64,000 nt of DNA, taken from the IMG/VR virus record IMGVR_UViG_3300042296_001032; one strand, given 5' to 3'. The notes beneath the pieces were generated by a model, which saw only the letters and a program-made list of their open reading frames with translations, was not told where the DNA came from and did not search any database. The position numbers were made by a program, and so were the translations under genes. The DNA is from a virus (lineage: Duplodnaviria; Heunggongvirae; Uroviricota; Caudoviricetes). Shown one piece after another: positions 1 to 8,206 of the stretch. Positions within the stretch are counted from its first letter, which is position 1. Each line of letters opens with the position of its first letter.

Positions 1-1
1 C

Positions 2-304
2 GTCTGTTTGATTTTCTTGGGTCCATTCAAAGTCGTTTTCTTCTTTTATAGTATGAACATCATGTGTTCTTCTATCAAAACTACCGTTAGAATCTTTTTC
101 CCAAACACCAACAACTTTTTTTATATTATTTTTTAATGTTTTTTGTTTTTTATTGTGATTAAATTTAGAATCAACAAAATTTGTGTATGGTTTTAATTCT
201 TTTTCATCCCATTTTTTTAAACCTAACTCCATAGGTCCAGTATAAAAACCTGAACTTATAGATGAATCAGATTCTCTTAATATTTTTTTAATTGTTTTTC
301 TCAT
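2..304 (-). CDS. Leader-family protein, truncated at window edge (translation MRKTIKKILRESDSS...)
   Basis: ATG at 304-302 overlaps the stop of the next gene. N-terminal MRKTIKKILRE leader shared with at least 12 other ORFs. ORF runs off the left window edge. Confidence 0.5.
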   Translation of the reverse strand, partial: MRKTIKKILRESDSSISSGFYTGPMELGLKKWDEKELKPYTNFVDSKFNHNKKQKTLKNNIKKVVGVWEKDSNGSFDRRTHDVHTIKEENDFEWTQENQTD

Positions 305-774
305 CGTACCCATACTTCTTTTTCATTCATTAATATAGCTTCTTTAGCTTTATAAATAGGTTCACGCGTATCAGCGTAAACAAAAGTCTTATCTCCAGCC
401 CTTGGGTTATAAGTTACAATTCTCCATCCGTTTACAATATAATTCTCACCACTACTAAGGACATAACCCACAGCACCTGCATGTACATTTTTAGATTTAC
501 CCTTACCACCTAAATCAACAGGTAAAACTTCTAAATTACCCCTTTCACCAACAACAAAATTGACATCTCTCAAATGTATTGATGTGTCATAACCAATAAC
601 TTTTCCACCTGTAACACCACCAGAAACTTTAATTGAAAAATATGGTGGAGCATTTAAATTTCTATGGACATAAACTTTTTTGTCATAACCCAAATGGCCT
701 TTCATATCTAGGTCTTTTCCTGTTCCACCCCATTGAGAAGATTCTCTTAATATTTTTTTAATTAAATCTTTCAT
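301..774 (-). CDS. Leader-family protein (MKDLIKKILRES...), 157 aa
   Basis: ORF track entry with the conserved N-terminal leader. Stop TGA overlaps the downstream ATG. Confidence 0.6.
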   Translation of the reverse strand: MKDLIKKILRESSQWGGTGKDLDMKGHLGYDKKVYVHRNLNAPPYFSIKVSGGVTGGKVIGYDTSIHLRDVNFVVGERGNLEVLPVDLGGKGKSKNVHAGAVGYVLSSGENYIVNGWRIVTYNPRAGDKTFVYADTREPIYKAKEAILMNEKEVWVR

Positions 775-973
775 TTCTTTTCTTTTCTTTCCACTTAACT
801 ATCTTACCTTTCTTTGAATTTTTTTCAAAATCCTTTTCATCGGTAAAAGACCAGTACTTATCACCTTTTTTCTTTTTATAATAAATATCAGCACCACCAA
901 TCTCACGAACTTGGTATTCACATTCGGTTTTTTTAACCTCTTCTAATAATATTTGTTTTATTAGACTTTTCAT
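758..973 (-). CDS. Leader-family small basic protein (MKSLIKQILLEE...)
   Basis: Conserved leader. 4-nt style overlap with both neighbours. Confidence 0.5.
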   Translation of the reverse strand: MKSLIKQILLEEVKKTECEYQVREIGGADIYYKKKKGDKYWSFTDEKDFEKNSKKGKIVKWKEKKRNERFN

Positions 974-1299
974 TCTTCATATTTATTATTTAAGAATTTT
1001 CTTAAAGTTTTTCTGATTAGAGGTTCACCCAAATCTTCTTTAAAATCTTCTTCAAGTAACCAATATATTTTATTGTATATATTACTTTTACCTTCAAAAT
1101 TCATATTAAAAGATTCATCCGCTCCAACTAAATGTTTAATTTTAAATTCTTCACCACTAAATTGGCTTGTAAATTCTGTTTTTACTACTTTAAAGGTATC
1201 TTCTAAAAATTTATATAAATTTAAATCAATATCAGAAGGAATTTCATCCATCCAACCAAATTCAGACTCGTTTAATATTTTTTTAATTAAAGATTTCAT
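970..1299 (-). CDS. Leader-family protein (MKSLIKKILNESEFGWMDEIPSD...)
   Basis: Leader followed by the E-S-x-x-W-x-D-E-I-P module, also seen at 13366, 47935 and 48363. Confidence 0.55.
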   Translation of the reverse strand: MKSLIKKILNESEFGWMDEIPSDIDLNLYKFLEDTFKVVKTEFTSQFSGEEFKIKHLVGADESFNMNFEGKSNIYNKIYWLLEEDFKEDLGEPLIRKTLRKFLNNKYEE

Positions 1300-1307
1300 T
1301 AATTATC

Positions 1308-1679
1308 TTAAGATTGTTTTTTATAAGAAACATCATTTCCTTTTATTGGTCCACCTTCAACCCAAGTATTACACCATTTTTTTCCTAAACACATAAAGTG
1401 ATGCATCCAACAATAACCAATCTCACCAGTATTATTTTCCGTACAATCTTTCATTCTTGGTGAAATATCAAAAGCCACACAATTACTACAATTTTGACCC
1501 TTTTCTTTAGCCTTTTCTGTTTGTTCTCCGTATTGGTGCTCTATAGCAATTTTTTTCTTATTTTTTTCGTTTAATTCACTATTTTTTGTTGCTTCAGGAC
1601 AATCCATTTCAGACTCACCTAAAATTCTTCTGTTAGCTCTTTCTAAAACTAATCTTCTTGTTCTTAATATTCTACTCAT
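1308..1679 (-). CDS. Cys-rich hypothetical protein (CSNC, CWMHHFMC, WC motifs)
   Basis: 123 aa ORF. Multiple Cys/His clusters suggest metal binding. Confidence 0.45.
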   Translation of the reverse strand: MSRILRTRRLVLERANRRILGESEMDCPEATKNSELNEKNKKKIAIEHQYGEQTEKAKEKGQNCSNCVAFDISPRMKDCTENNTGEIGYCWMHHFMCLGKKWCNTWVEGGPIKGNDVSYKKQS

Positions 1680-1963
1680 AACAATTTTTTTACTTTAACA
1701 GTTAAATTACCATTTCCTTTAATTACCCTATGATAAGTATTTTTGGGTATATAAATTGTTTCTGTTAATGGTTTTGGTAACTCGTTATCTAGTTGTACCA
1801 TCCAATCGGTGTCACCAATAGATTTAACAATTCTATCCTCCCTATCCCTATGCCAAACAAGTTCTGTGTCATCTACATTCTCTAAAAATGTTCTAACAAC
1901 ATAATCTTTTTTAATCAATTCTTCAAAGGGAAAATTTTTCATATTACCACCATGTTCCCCCAC
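1676..1963 (-). CDS. Hypothetical protein
   Basis: 95 aa ORF in an overlapping gene chain on the minus strand. Confidence 0.45.
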   Translation of the reverse strand: MGEHGGNMKNFPFEELIKKDYVVRTFLENVDDTELVWHRDREDRIVKSIGDTDWMVQLDNELPKPLTETIYIPKNTYHRVIKGNGNLTVKVKKLL

Positions 1964-3131
1964 CAGATAAACCTAATGACTTAGCGTATCTTGGTAATCT
2001 ACATGCCCAATAACCAGCTGAACACTTATCATTCTTTTGTGGACATCTATGTCTATCAGAAAAGGCTTTTCTAGCTTTAGGGTCTTTTAATTTAACAGCC
2101 AATTTACCACCACCAGATTTGGCACCAAAAGAAACTTTTTTAACTTTATCACCACATTTAGTGTAAACATAGAATTTTTTTGAACCACCCCTTTTAGGTT
2201 TACCCAAAGAAACTTTTTTACCTTGGTATTCGGCCTCGTTAATAATTTCTATCTCTTCCTCACCTTCGTAAATTACGTCCAACCAAATAACTTTATTTTC
2301 GTAAATACCTCTCCTACCAATATCTGTATGTACTAACTCTTCATCTAAAGTAGAAAGGTCTATAATACCTTTGTTATATAAACTTCTAACCTCATTAATA
2401 AGTTTAAAATAACCTTCTGAACCATATCTATAAATATTTTCAGTTAGTGTTGGTCTATTTTCAAAGTGATAAAGTACGTTTTCTGAGATAAGTTCTTTTC
2501 CCTCTGTTATTAATTTTCCGTTAATGATATAATCTTCTTTCATAGTTTTAGTTTTTTTACCCCATGATTTGCCTTTACTAGATTTATATTTTTTACATGA
2601 ACCTGGTGTAGGTCTACAAGCCGGGTATTTACTTCTTTCTTCCCCTTCTTTTCTACCGCATGGTTTACATTTAGTCCTACCAGTTTCACTATCTTTTCTA
2701 CAGGTATTACAATCTACCCAACCACCACTTTTTCTTTTAAACCAATCTCTTAAATTAGTTTCTGAACTAGGTTTTGCTGTAAGTTTTCTTTTTTCGGTGA
2801 TTAAGTTTTCTAAATCAAAAACACTTTCATTTTTTTTACGTCCTTGACAATGTGCCTTTTGTGAAAAACCTTTTGGGTTATTGCAGTCTATGGATTTTTT
2901 ATACTTTTCAGACCACTTTTCTTCTAGTTGTTCATCTTCTTCTTTAGTTGAGTTACCCCAATTAGCAGCACCAACCTTTCTACATTTAGATAAAGCACCT
3001 GAAGCATAAGCAGAAGGCCACACATCGTATCTACTTTTTACTTTGTAGTAACAAGCGTCTCTTTTCTTTTTCTTTTTTCTTCTTTTTCTTTCGAAAAGAA
3101 GTTCAACATTTATGACCTCTCTAACGTCCAT
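1944..3131 (-). CDS. Highly basic Lys/Cys-rich protein (KRRKKKKKR; many CxxC/K-rich tracts), possible DNA-binding or virion-internal protein
   Basis: 395 aa ORF with extreme K/R/C composition at both ends and an acidic YGSEGYF-like central region. Confidence 0.55.
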   Translation of the reverse strand: MDVREVINVELLFERKRRKKKKKRDACYYKVKSRYDVWPSAYASGALSKCRKVGAANWGNSTKEEDEQLEEKWSEKYKKSIDCNNPKGFSQKAHCQGRKKNESVFDLENLITEKRKLTAKPSSETNLRDWFKRKSGGWVDCNTCRKDSETGRTKCKPCGRKEGEERSKYPACRPTPGSCKKYKSSKGKSWGKKTKTMKEDYIINGKLITEGKELISENVLYHFENRPTLTENIYRYGSEGYFKLINEVRSLYNKGIIDLSTLDEELVHTDIGRRGIYENKVIWLDVIYEGEEEIEIINEAEYQGKKVSLGKPKRGGSKKFYVYTKCGDKVKKVSFGAKSGGGKLAVKLKDPKARKAFSDRHRCPQKNDKCSAGYWACRLPRYAKSLGLSGGGTWW

Positions 3132-3138
3132 AAAAAAA

Positions 3139-3798
3139 TTATTTTCTCCAATCTGATGTACCAGTTGGGTAAATGTCGTTCATGTCATTATCCTCATCAT
3201 AAGGTAATCCACCCTCACCCATTTCAACCGATTTCCACATGTCACCACTATTGGTTTCATTCATTAAGAAATCAAACACTTGGTCCATATTGTTTTTAGC
3301 TTCAGCGATATGGTCTTGAGCCCAATCGTGACCTCCTTCTAGTATATCCTCAATTTGGTCCTCGTCTAAATCTAAAAGTAATCCAGCTTGTCTTCTAATT
3401 TGTTCTAGGTTAGAAAAAAACATATAACGAGAAGACTCATGTTCTTCACCTTCATTAATTTTTTCACCACAACATTTATTTATTTTAGACATAATTTTTC
3501 CGTATTGATTAAAGTCAAATTCGTCCCCAAATTTATCACCTACTTTTTTAACAGTAATTACATCTTTTCTAAACATAACTTGAGCTACATGTTTACCGTC
3601 ACAATAAATTTTAAAGTCGTTTCCATCCTTTTTTGCTTCACAATTAGACTTTAATCCTTTTTTAATTTTATCACGGAATGCATCCATTTTAACATCAAGG
3701 TCTTTTGTTGTAACAGCTTTTTGTAACTTACCTTCTTTGATTATTTTTTGAACTAATCTTTCTATATCTGATTCAGTTAATTTAATCACTTTTTTCAT
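3139..3798 (-). CDS. Hypothetical protein with acidic C-terminus; N-terminus MKKVIKLTESDIERL is weakly leader-like
   Basis: 219 aa ORF. Confidence 0.5.
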   Translation of the reverse strand: MKKVIKLTESDIERLVQKIIKEGKLQKAVTTKDLDVKMDAFRDKIKKGLKSNCEAKKDGNDFKIYCDGKHVAQVMFRKDVITVKKVGDKFGDEFDFNQYGKIMSKINKCCGEKINEGEEHESSRYMFFSNLEQIRRQAGLLLDLDEDQIEDILEGGHDWAQDHIAEAKNNMDQVFDFLMNETNSGDMWKSVEMGEGGLPYDEDNDMNDIYPTGTSDWRK

Positions 3799-3820
3799 AT
3801 CTTTATTTTTAATATAAATA

Positions 3821-4030
3821 TTACTCAGGTCTTTTAAATTTAACTACAACCCATATTAAATAGAAAAAAGAAACAATTACATTTAAATAAGGTATGTAAA
3901 AAAATTTATTTAAATCTAAATAAGTCTCATCTGAAATGTTATGGTCTAAAACCATTCCTTTTTTAAGAAATACGTGTGTAAGTGGGAAGGTAACCAATAC
4001 GGATAATACCCAATATATTATTTCAATCAT
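3821..4030 (-). CDS. Small membrane protein (two hydrophobic helices)
   Basis: 69 aa ORF, hydrophobic. Confidence 0.4.
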   Translation of the reverse strand: MIEIIYWVLSVLVTFPLTHVFLKKGMVLDHNISDETYLDLNKFFYIPYLNVIVSFFYLIWVVVKFKRPE

Positions 4031-4073
4031 AGTTAAGCTGTAATTTATCTTATTTATTAATATTTATTAATAT

Positions 4074-4739
4074 ATGAAAAACATTTCAAAAATAAAGTTA
4101 AACTTATTACAAGAAAAACTATACGTAGAGGGTCTATGTAATGAACTATACACTAACATAGCTTTTTACGGTGAAAGAGATTCTGATATAAAATTAATGA
4201 TTGAGTCTTCTAGTGAAGAAAAAGGTACTAATAAAATTTTAAATGATGTTGTAACAGATTTAAAATTGGCACCAAAGTTTATTTTTACTTTTGGTTCTGG
4301 TATTGGAGCTTTTCATGGACCTGTTAGTAGATTGTTACAAGGTTCAGGGTTTAGTATGACTAAAGAAGAAGTTGTTTTATTAATAATAACAGCTATAGCA
4401 ATTTTATTAAATGAACCAGATTCTAAAAAATTAATGGATACTGTTAAAGAAAAAGGTTTATTGCCAGCTTTAAAAGGTGTTAAAGATTTAATATCTAGTG
4501 TTCAAGAGATTATTAATAACATTACTAGAAAAGTAATTAATACCACTTATTCTTTATCAGATGTTTTAGGTTTTACTTTTCTATTGGTACCCACAATGCA
4601 AACTATAAGTAAACTTATTAATGATTATGGGATTACCACAGGAACAATAAGTGAATTGGTGAAGGGGTTATTATTCGCAACAATAACTTACTCGGTTAAA
4701 GGTGTCCTTAAAAAGATTGGTAAAAGGTTTAATGATTAA
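4074..4739 (+). CDS. Hypothetical protein with a hydrophobic central segment
   Basis: 221 aa ORF on the plus strand. Confidence 0.5.
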   Translation: MKNISKIKLNLLQEKLYVEGLCNELYTNIAFYGERDSDIKLMIESSSEEKGTNKILNDVVTDLKLAPKFIFTFGSGIGAFHGPVSRLLQGSGFSMTKEEVVLLIITAIAILLNEPDSKKLMDTVKEKGLLPALKGVKDLISSVQEIINNITRKVINTTYSLSDVLGFTFLLVPTMQTISKLINDYGITTGTISELVKGLLFATITYSVKGVLKKIGKRFND

Positions 4740-4987
4740 GCCTTTTTAATAACCTCACTAACAAAAGACCTTATTTTACCATCAATAAATACTTCGATGA
4801 TTGGAACCTCAGTACCTCTATATTTTTGTATTAGGCTCTGTTCAGTCATTGGTACTTGTTCAAAAGGTAACATATACATATCAGCTATAGTAGCTCTAAC
4901 TGCTGGACTATAAGTTGTAACTAAAACTTCATCACCGATTTTAAAGTTTCCTATATTTGTTTTTTTCATTTTCTGTTGTATTTTCAA
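4736..4987 (-). CDS. Hypothetical protein
   Basis: 83 aa ORF. Confidence 0.4.
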   Translation of the reverse strand: MKIQQKMKKTNIGNFKIGDEVLVTTYSPAVRATIADMYMLPFEQVPMTEQSLIQKYRGTEVPIIEVFIDGKIRSFVSEVIKKA

Positions 4988-5507
4988 AATATAATCTGGA
5001 CATACGTAAATCAGTTACATCATCTATCATAGGGATAAGTTCACCGTCGTAGTACAACTCACAATATAAAGATGCTATAGGTAAATTGTCAACCTTATTT
5101 TTTATATCTTTTTTAATAATAGTTATTTTGTTTAAATCAAAATTATCGAACATAACAAAAATTGAATCAGAAAATATACCTTGTTGGTGTTGGATTGATG
5201 TTACAACAACATCCTTTGAGTTTGGGTAGTCAATGACATCTGTTTTATTATTAACCAAAGCCTCAAAAGCACTAATAGATGTATCTAAAAGAATAAAATC
5301 ATTAACCTCTATTTTTATATCACCATTAATTAAACCAAAATAATGGGTTTCTTTTTTTACGTTTTTGTTTTTTTCTATCTTTTTAATTAAATCTTTAGAC
5401 CATATATCATTAAAAGAACTTTCAAGTTCTTTGTATTTTTCTTTGGGCACAGTTCCCCTGTGTATTTCGCACCCATATCCTTCCATAATAATTCTTACAA
5501 TGTCCAT
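4941..5507 (-). CDS. Hypothetical protein
   Basis: 188 aa ORF. Confidence 0.5.
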   Translation of the reverse strand: MDIVRIIMEGYGCEIHRGTVPKEKYKELESSFNDIWSKDLIKKIEKNKNVKKETHYFGLINGDIKIEVNDFILLDTSISAFEALVNNKTDVIDYPNSKDVVVTSIQHQQGIFSDSIFVMFDNFDLNKITIIKKDIKNKVDNLPIASLYCELYYDGELIPMIDDVTDLRMSRLYFENTTENEKNKYRKL

Positions 5508-5657
5508 AGCGTTTTTTATCCGTTAAAATTTGTTGTTTTATACAATGAGTAGAAGTTTTCATCGTTGGGGTTGTTTACAAATAAATATCTAAAAAGATTT
5601 GTTTCTATTGACTTTTATATTTATATTTGTAAGACAAAACACAAAAACACTTTATAC

Positions 5658-6584
5658 ATGAAAATTTCAACAGTTATCACAAACATTTTTTTGGCATCAA
5701 TAATTTTATTATCTTTTTCTTGTAAGAAAGAGGTGATTGAAAAGCCTAACAACACAATCGTTACTAACGATACTATCTATAATTTTATGGATATTGATTG
5801 GACTTTGGCATCAGGTAGATTGTATGTCCAAAATCTTGATAACGGTAGTAAAACTCTTTATGACCATTTTGGTTCAGGACAAAATCAAAGTAGCCTAGAC
5901 CCTTTCAACGGTTCTGCTGTACCTTTTGATGACATTGTTAAAGGTGTTACTACTTGGAGATTTACTACTACTGATTTTATTTTGAATAGTTCTAACTTCT
6001 ATAATTTTACACACTCAGGTGATGCTATCTCAGTTATTGGGTTAGAGAATGGTTCTTCCAGACCTTTGATTATAATCAACATCAACAATACTGCAATGAC
6101 TGTTAAACTTAATGAAGATTATTTATCTAGTGGTGGTGTTAACTATAAAATCTTTACTACATTAACTTTTGTTAAACAAGGTAATGTTTGTAACGGGTGT
6201 GAACCAAACGCTATCTCAGGTTATGTTTATCAAGGAGTATTTGGTAATGGTAGTTCTACACAAAATGATATTGTAGGTACTAAATGGGTTGTGACTAAAT
6301 TTTATGATGGTTTTTCTAATAACTACCCTAACGATACTTTGTACTTCGTGAATAACACTCAATACACTATTAATAGTGGTACACCAAAAAGTTATAATGT
6401 AACTACTGGTTTGGGTTCTAACATGTCTACATTGAACCTTTATGGATTCTACACTATCGGTGGTGATTACAGTGGGATGGTACCAAATACGTTTGTTAGT
6501 GATGGTCAAATTAACTCAGTTAGCTTTACCGATTTGTTTGGTATAAACAATAACAAATTAGTTTGGATGATTAGAATTCAATAA
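5658..6584 (+). CDS. Lipoprotein (signal peptide MKISTVITNIFLASIILLSFSC, Bacteroidetes-type lipobox)
   Basis: Internal Met start at 5658 gives a typical signal peptide plus Cys. TATATTTG -7 box about 27 nt upstream. Strong terminator follows. Confidence 0.6.
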   Translation: MKISTVITNIFLASIILLSFSCKKEVIEKPNNTIVTNDTIYNFMDIDWTLASGRLYVQNLDNGSKTLYDHFGSGQNQSSLDPFNGSAVPFDDIVKGVTTWRFTTTDFILNSSNFYNFTHSGDAISVIGLENGSSRPLIIININNTAMTVKLNEDYLSSGGVNYKIFTTLTFVKQGNVCNGCEPNAISGYVYQGVFGNGSSTQNDIVGTKWVVTKFYDGFSNNYPNDTLYFVNNTQYTINSGTPKSYNVTTGLGSNMSTLNLYGFYTIGGDYSGMVPNTFVSDGQINSVSFTDLFGINNNKLVWMIRIQ

Positions 6585-6588
6585 AAAA

Positions 6589-6620
6589 GGGAGGAAATTA
6601 TTCCTCCCTTCTTTTTTTCT
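6589..6620. terminator. Intrinsic terminator hairpin GGGAGGAA-atta-TTCCTCCC, flanked by A-run and T-run (bidirectional)
   Basis: Perfect 8 bp stem followed by T7. Preceded by A6 on the other strand. Confidence 0.55.
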
Positions 6621-6783
6621 CTTTATAAACGCCTTTAGATTTTTCTCTTCTCTTTCTTACAGACTTCTTATCAAATTCTTTTCTATCATTTAATTGTGAC
6701 ATCTGACGAGTTTTTATAACCTTACCCTTATACTCTTTAAGGGCTCTTTCAATGTTGCCTTTAACAACTTCTATAATAATCAT
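6598..6783 (-). CDS. rpsU: Ribosomal protein bS21-like small basic protein
   Basis: 61 aa, begins MIIIEVVKGNIERALKEYKGKV..., a basic tail follows, KRREKSKGVYKEKKRRE. Pattern matches Bacteroidetes bS21 (MxIIxVxxGENIExALKRFKRK ... KPS.RR). Phage-encoded S21 is well documented. Confidence 0.5.
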   Translation of the reverse strand: MIIIEVVKGNIERALKEYKGKVIKTRQMSQLNDRKEFDKKSVRKRREKSKGVYKEKKRREE

Positions 6784-6794
6784 ATATAAATTTT

Positions 6795-8159
6795 TTATCT
6801 AGTTATAGATACATTTTTTTCAGGGTCATAGAATACTAATTCTTTACTAGTTAAATCTAACTGTAGTTTTTCTATTTTTTCATTTAATTCACCTAATTGT
6901 TGGTCCATATCATCTCTTTTTGTTCTATAGGACGAAATAAAATTTTCAGATTTTTCAAGTTGTTCTACAACCCAATTATATTCATCATCATCACCCTCTT
7001 CTCTACCATATTCAAGCCTTTCTTTATAATTATTTAAAGAACGATAAACCGTATTTACTCTATCTAATTTATTATCTACAATATTTCTTTTATTCCTTAA
7101 TTCTGATAGTTTTAATTTTAACTGTCTAATAGTTTCAAGTGATTCAGAAGAATCCCCCAAAGAATCATAATAATCAGCTAAAGCTTGTTTAGTGTACTTC
7201 TCCATTACCTCTTTTAATTTAGCTAATGCTTCAGTACCCTTTTTTGCTTGGCCTCTACCAGGTCCACCTAAATATTTTAAAACTGTTTTTTCTGGTTTGT
7301 TCTCATCAGCAACATTCCAATAGTCTATCACAGAATTACTGACACTACCTTGGTTAATAAACTCTTCCCTACCCAATTCTCTTGTTTTCTCTAAAGCTCT
7401 ATTATAACCCCTACTTAAACCACCACGAAAAGGACGGTAATGCATTGCTATTTTATAATAGTTTGGTGTGTCCATACTACTTGTTGGAGCTAATCTTCTT
7501 TTATCCATTAAAAAGAATATAGGACCTTGTGTAAAATAATTTTCGTAATAACCAGTATAACCTCTCATAGTAACACACCATCTAGTGTTAGAACCGTATC
7601 TACATGAAGCCTTATGTGTTTTAGGCATCAAAATTAAGAAATCATCATCTTCATAAACCTTATCAACACCAGTCTCTTTTTGTTCTTTTCTTGAAAGTTT
7701 TAATTTTGCCTCATTTGACGCGTCCTCAAGTTCTTTTAAATTACCAAACTGATTTATATCCTTTTTTTCGTATTTTGATGGGTTTTTATGGAAATACTCA
7801 ATATCATCAGTAACTTTTAACAAATCTTCATTACCAAGTGATTGCATTTCCCTAGTTAAATTACGGATGCTATTCCATCTTGAGTCTTCGGCTGTGTCAG
7901 GAACTTGGGTAATGTCCCACCCATGCCAACTTCCAGCACTACTGGCGTTATCTTTAAACCATTTGATGGTTTTTCTTAACATATTTTTGGACAACCAATC
8001 CAAATACTTTTGGTTTCCTGAAGGGTCTATATCAGCTAATCTATCAATTTGGCCCCACATTGGTTGTGGGTATTTAGCTTTAACATCCTCAAGTCTACCT
8101 TCCAATAAAAGGTTTTCAACCTTCTCTAATATAAGTGTTGTAGTTTGTTTAATATTCAT
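6795..8159 (-). CDS. Paralog family A protein (DPSGNQKYLDWL ... ASCRYGSNTRWC motifs), coiled-coil C-terminus
   Basis: Start taken at the internal Met MNIKQTT so that the terminator hairpin at 8184-8207 lies upstream. Shares an N-terminal region of about 250 aa with 11187, 14090 and 16614. Confidence 0.6.
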   Translation of the reverse strand: MNIKQTTTLILEKVENLLLEGRLEDVKAKYPQPMWGQIDRLADIDPSGNQKYLDWLSKNMLRKTIKWFKDNASSAGSWHGWDITQVPDTAEDSRWNSIRNLTREMQSLGNEDLLKVTDDIEYFHKNPSKYEKKDINQFGNLKELEDASNEAKLKLSRKEQKETGVDKVYEDDDFLILMPKTHKASCRYGSNTRWCVTMRGYTGYYENYFTQGPIFFLMDKRRLAPTSSMDTPNYYKIAMHYRPFRGGLSRGYNRALEKTRELGREEFINQGSVSNSVIDYWNVADENKPEKTVLKYLGGPGRGQAKKGTEALAKLKEVMEKYTKQALADYYDSLGDSSESLETIRQLKLKLSELRNKRNIVDNKLDRVNTVYRSLNNYKERLEYGREEGDDDEYNWVVEQLEKSENFISSYRTKRDDMDQQLGELNEKIEKLQLDLTSKELVFYDPEKNVSITR

Positions 8160-8206
8160 AATAATAAATATGCTTAAAAATAAAAAGAGGATTTTAAAAC
8201 CCTCTT

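Noticed and set aside
1073-3654. Plus-strand ORFs 1073..1396, 2569..2847 and 3439..3654
   Set aside because: They lie antisense to, and inside, longer well-formed minus-strand genes, and have low-complexity Phe/Leu/Ser-rich translations typical of AT-rich antisense frames.
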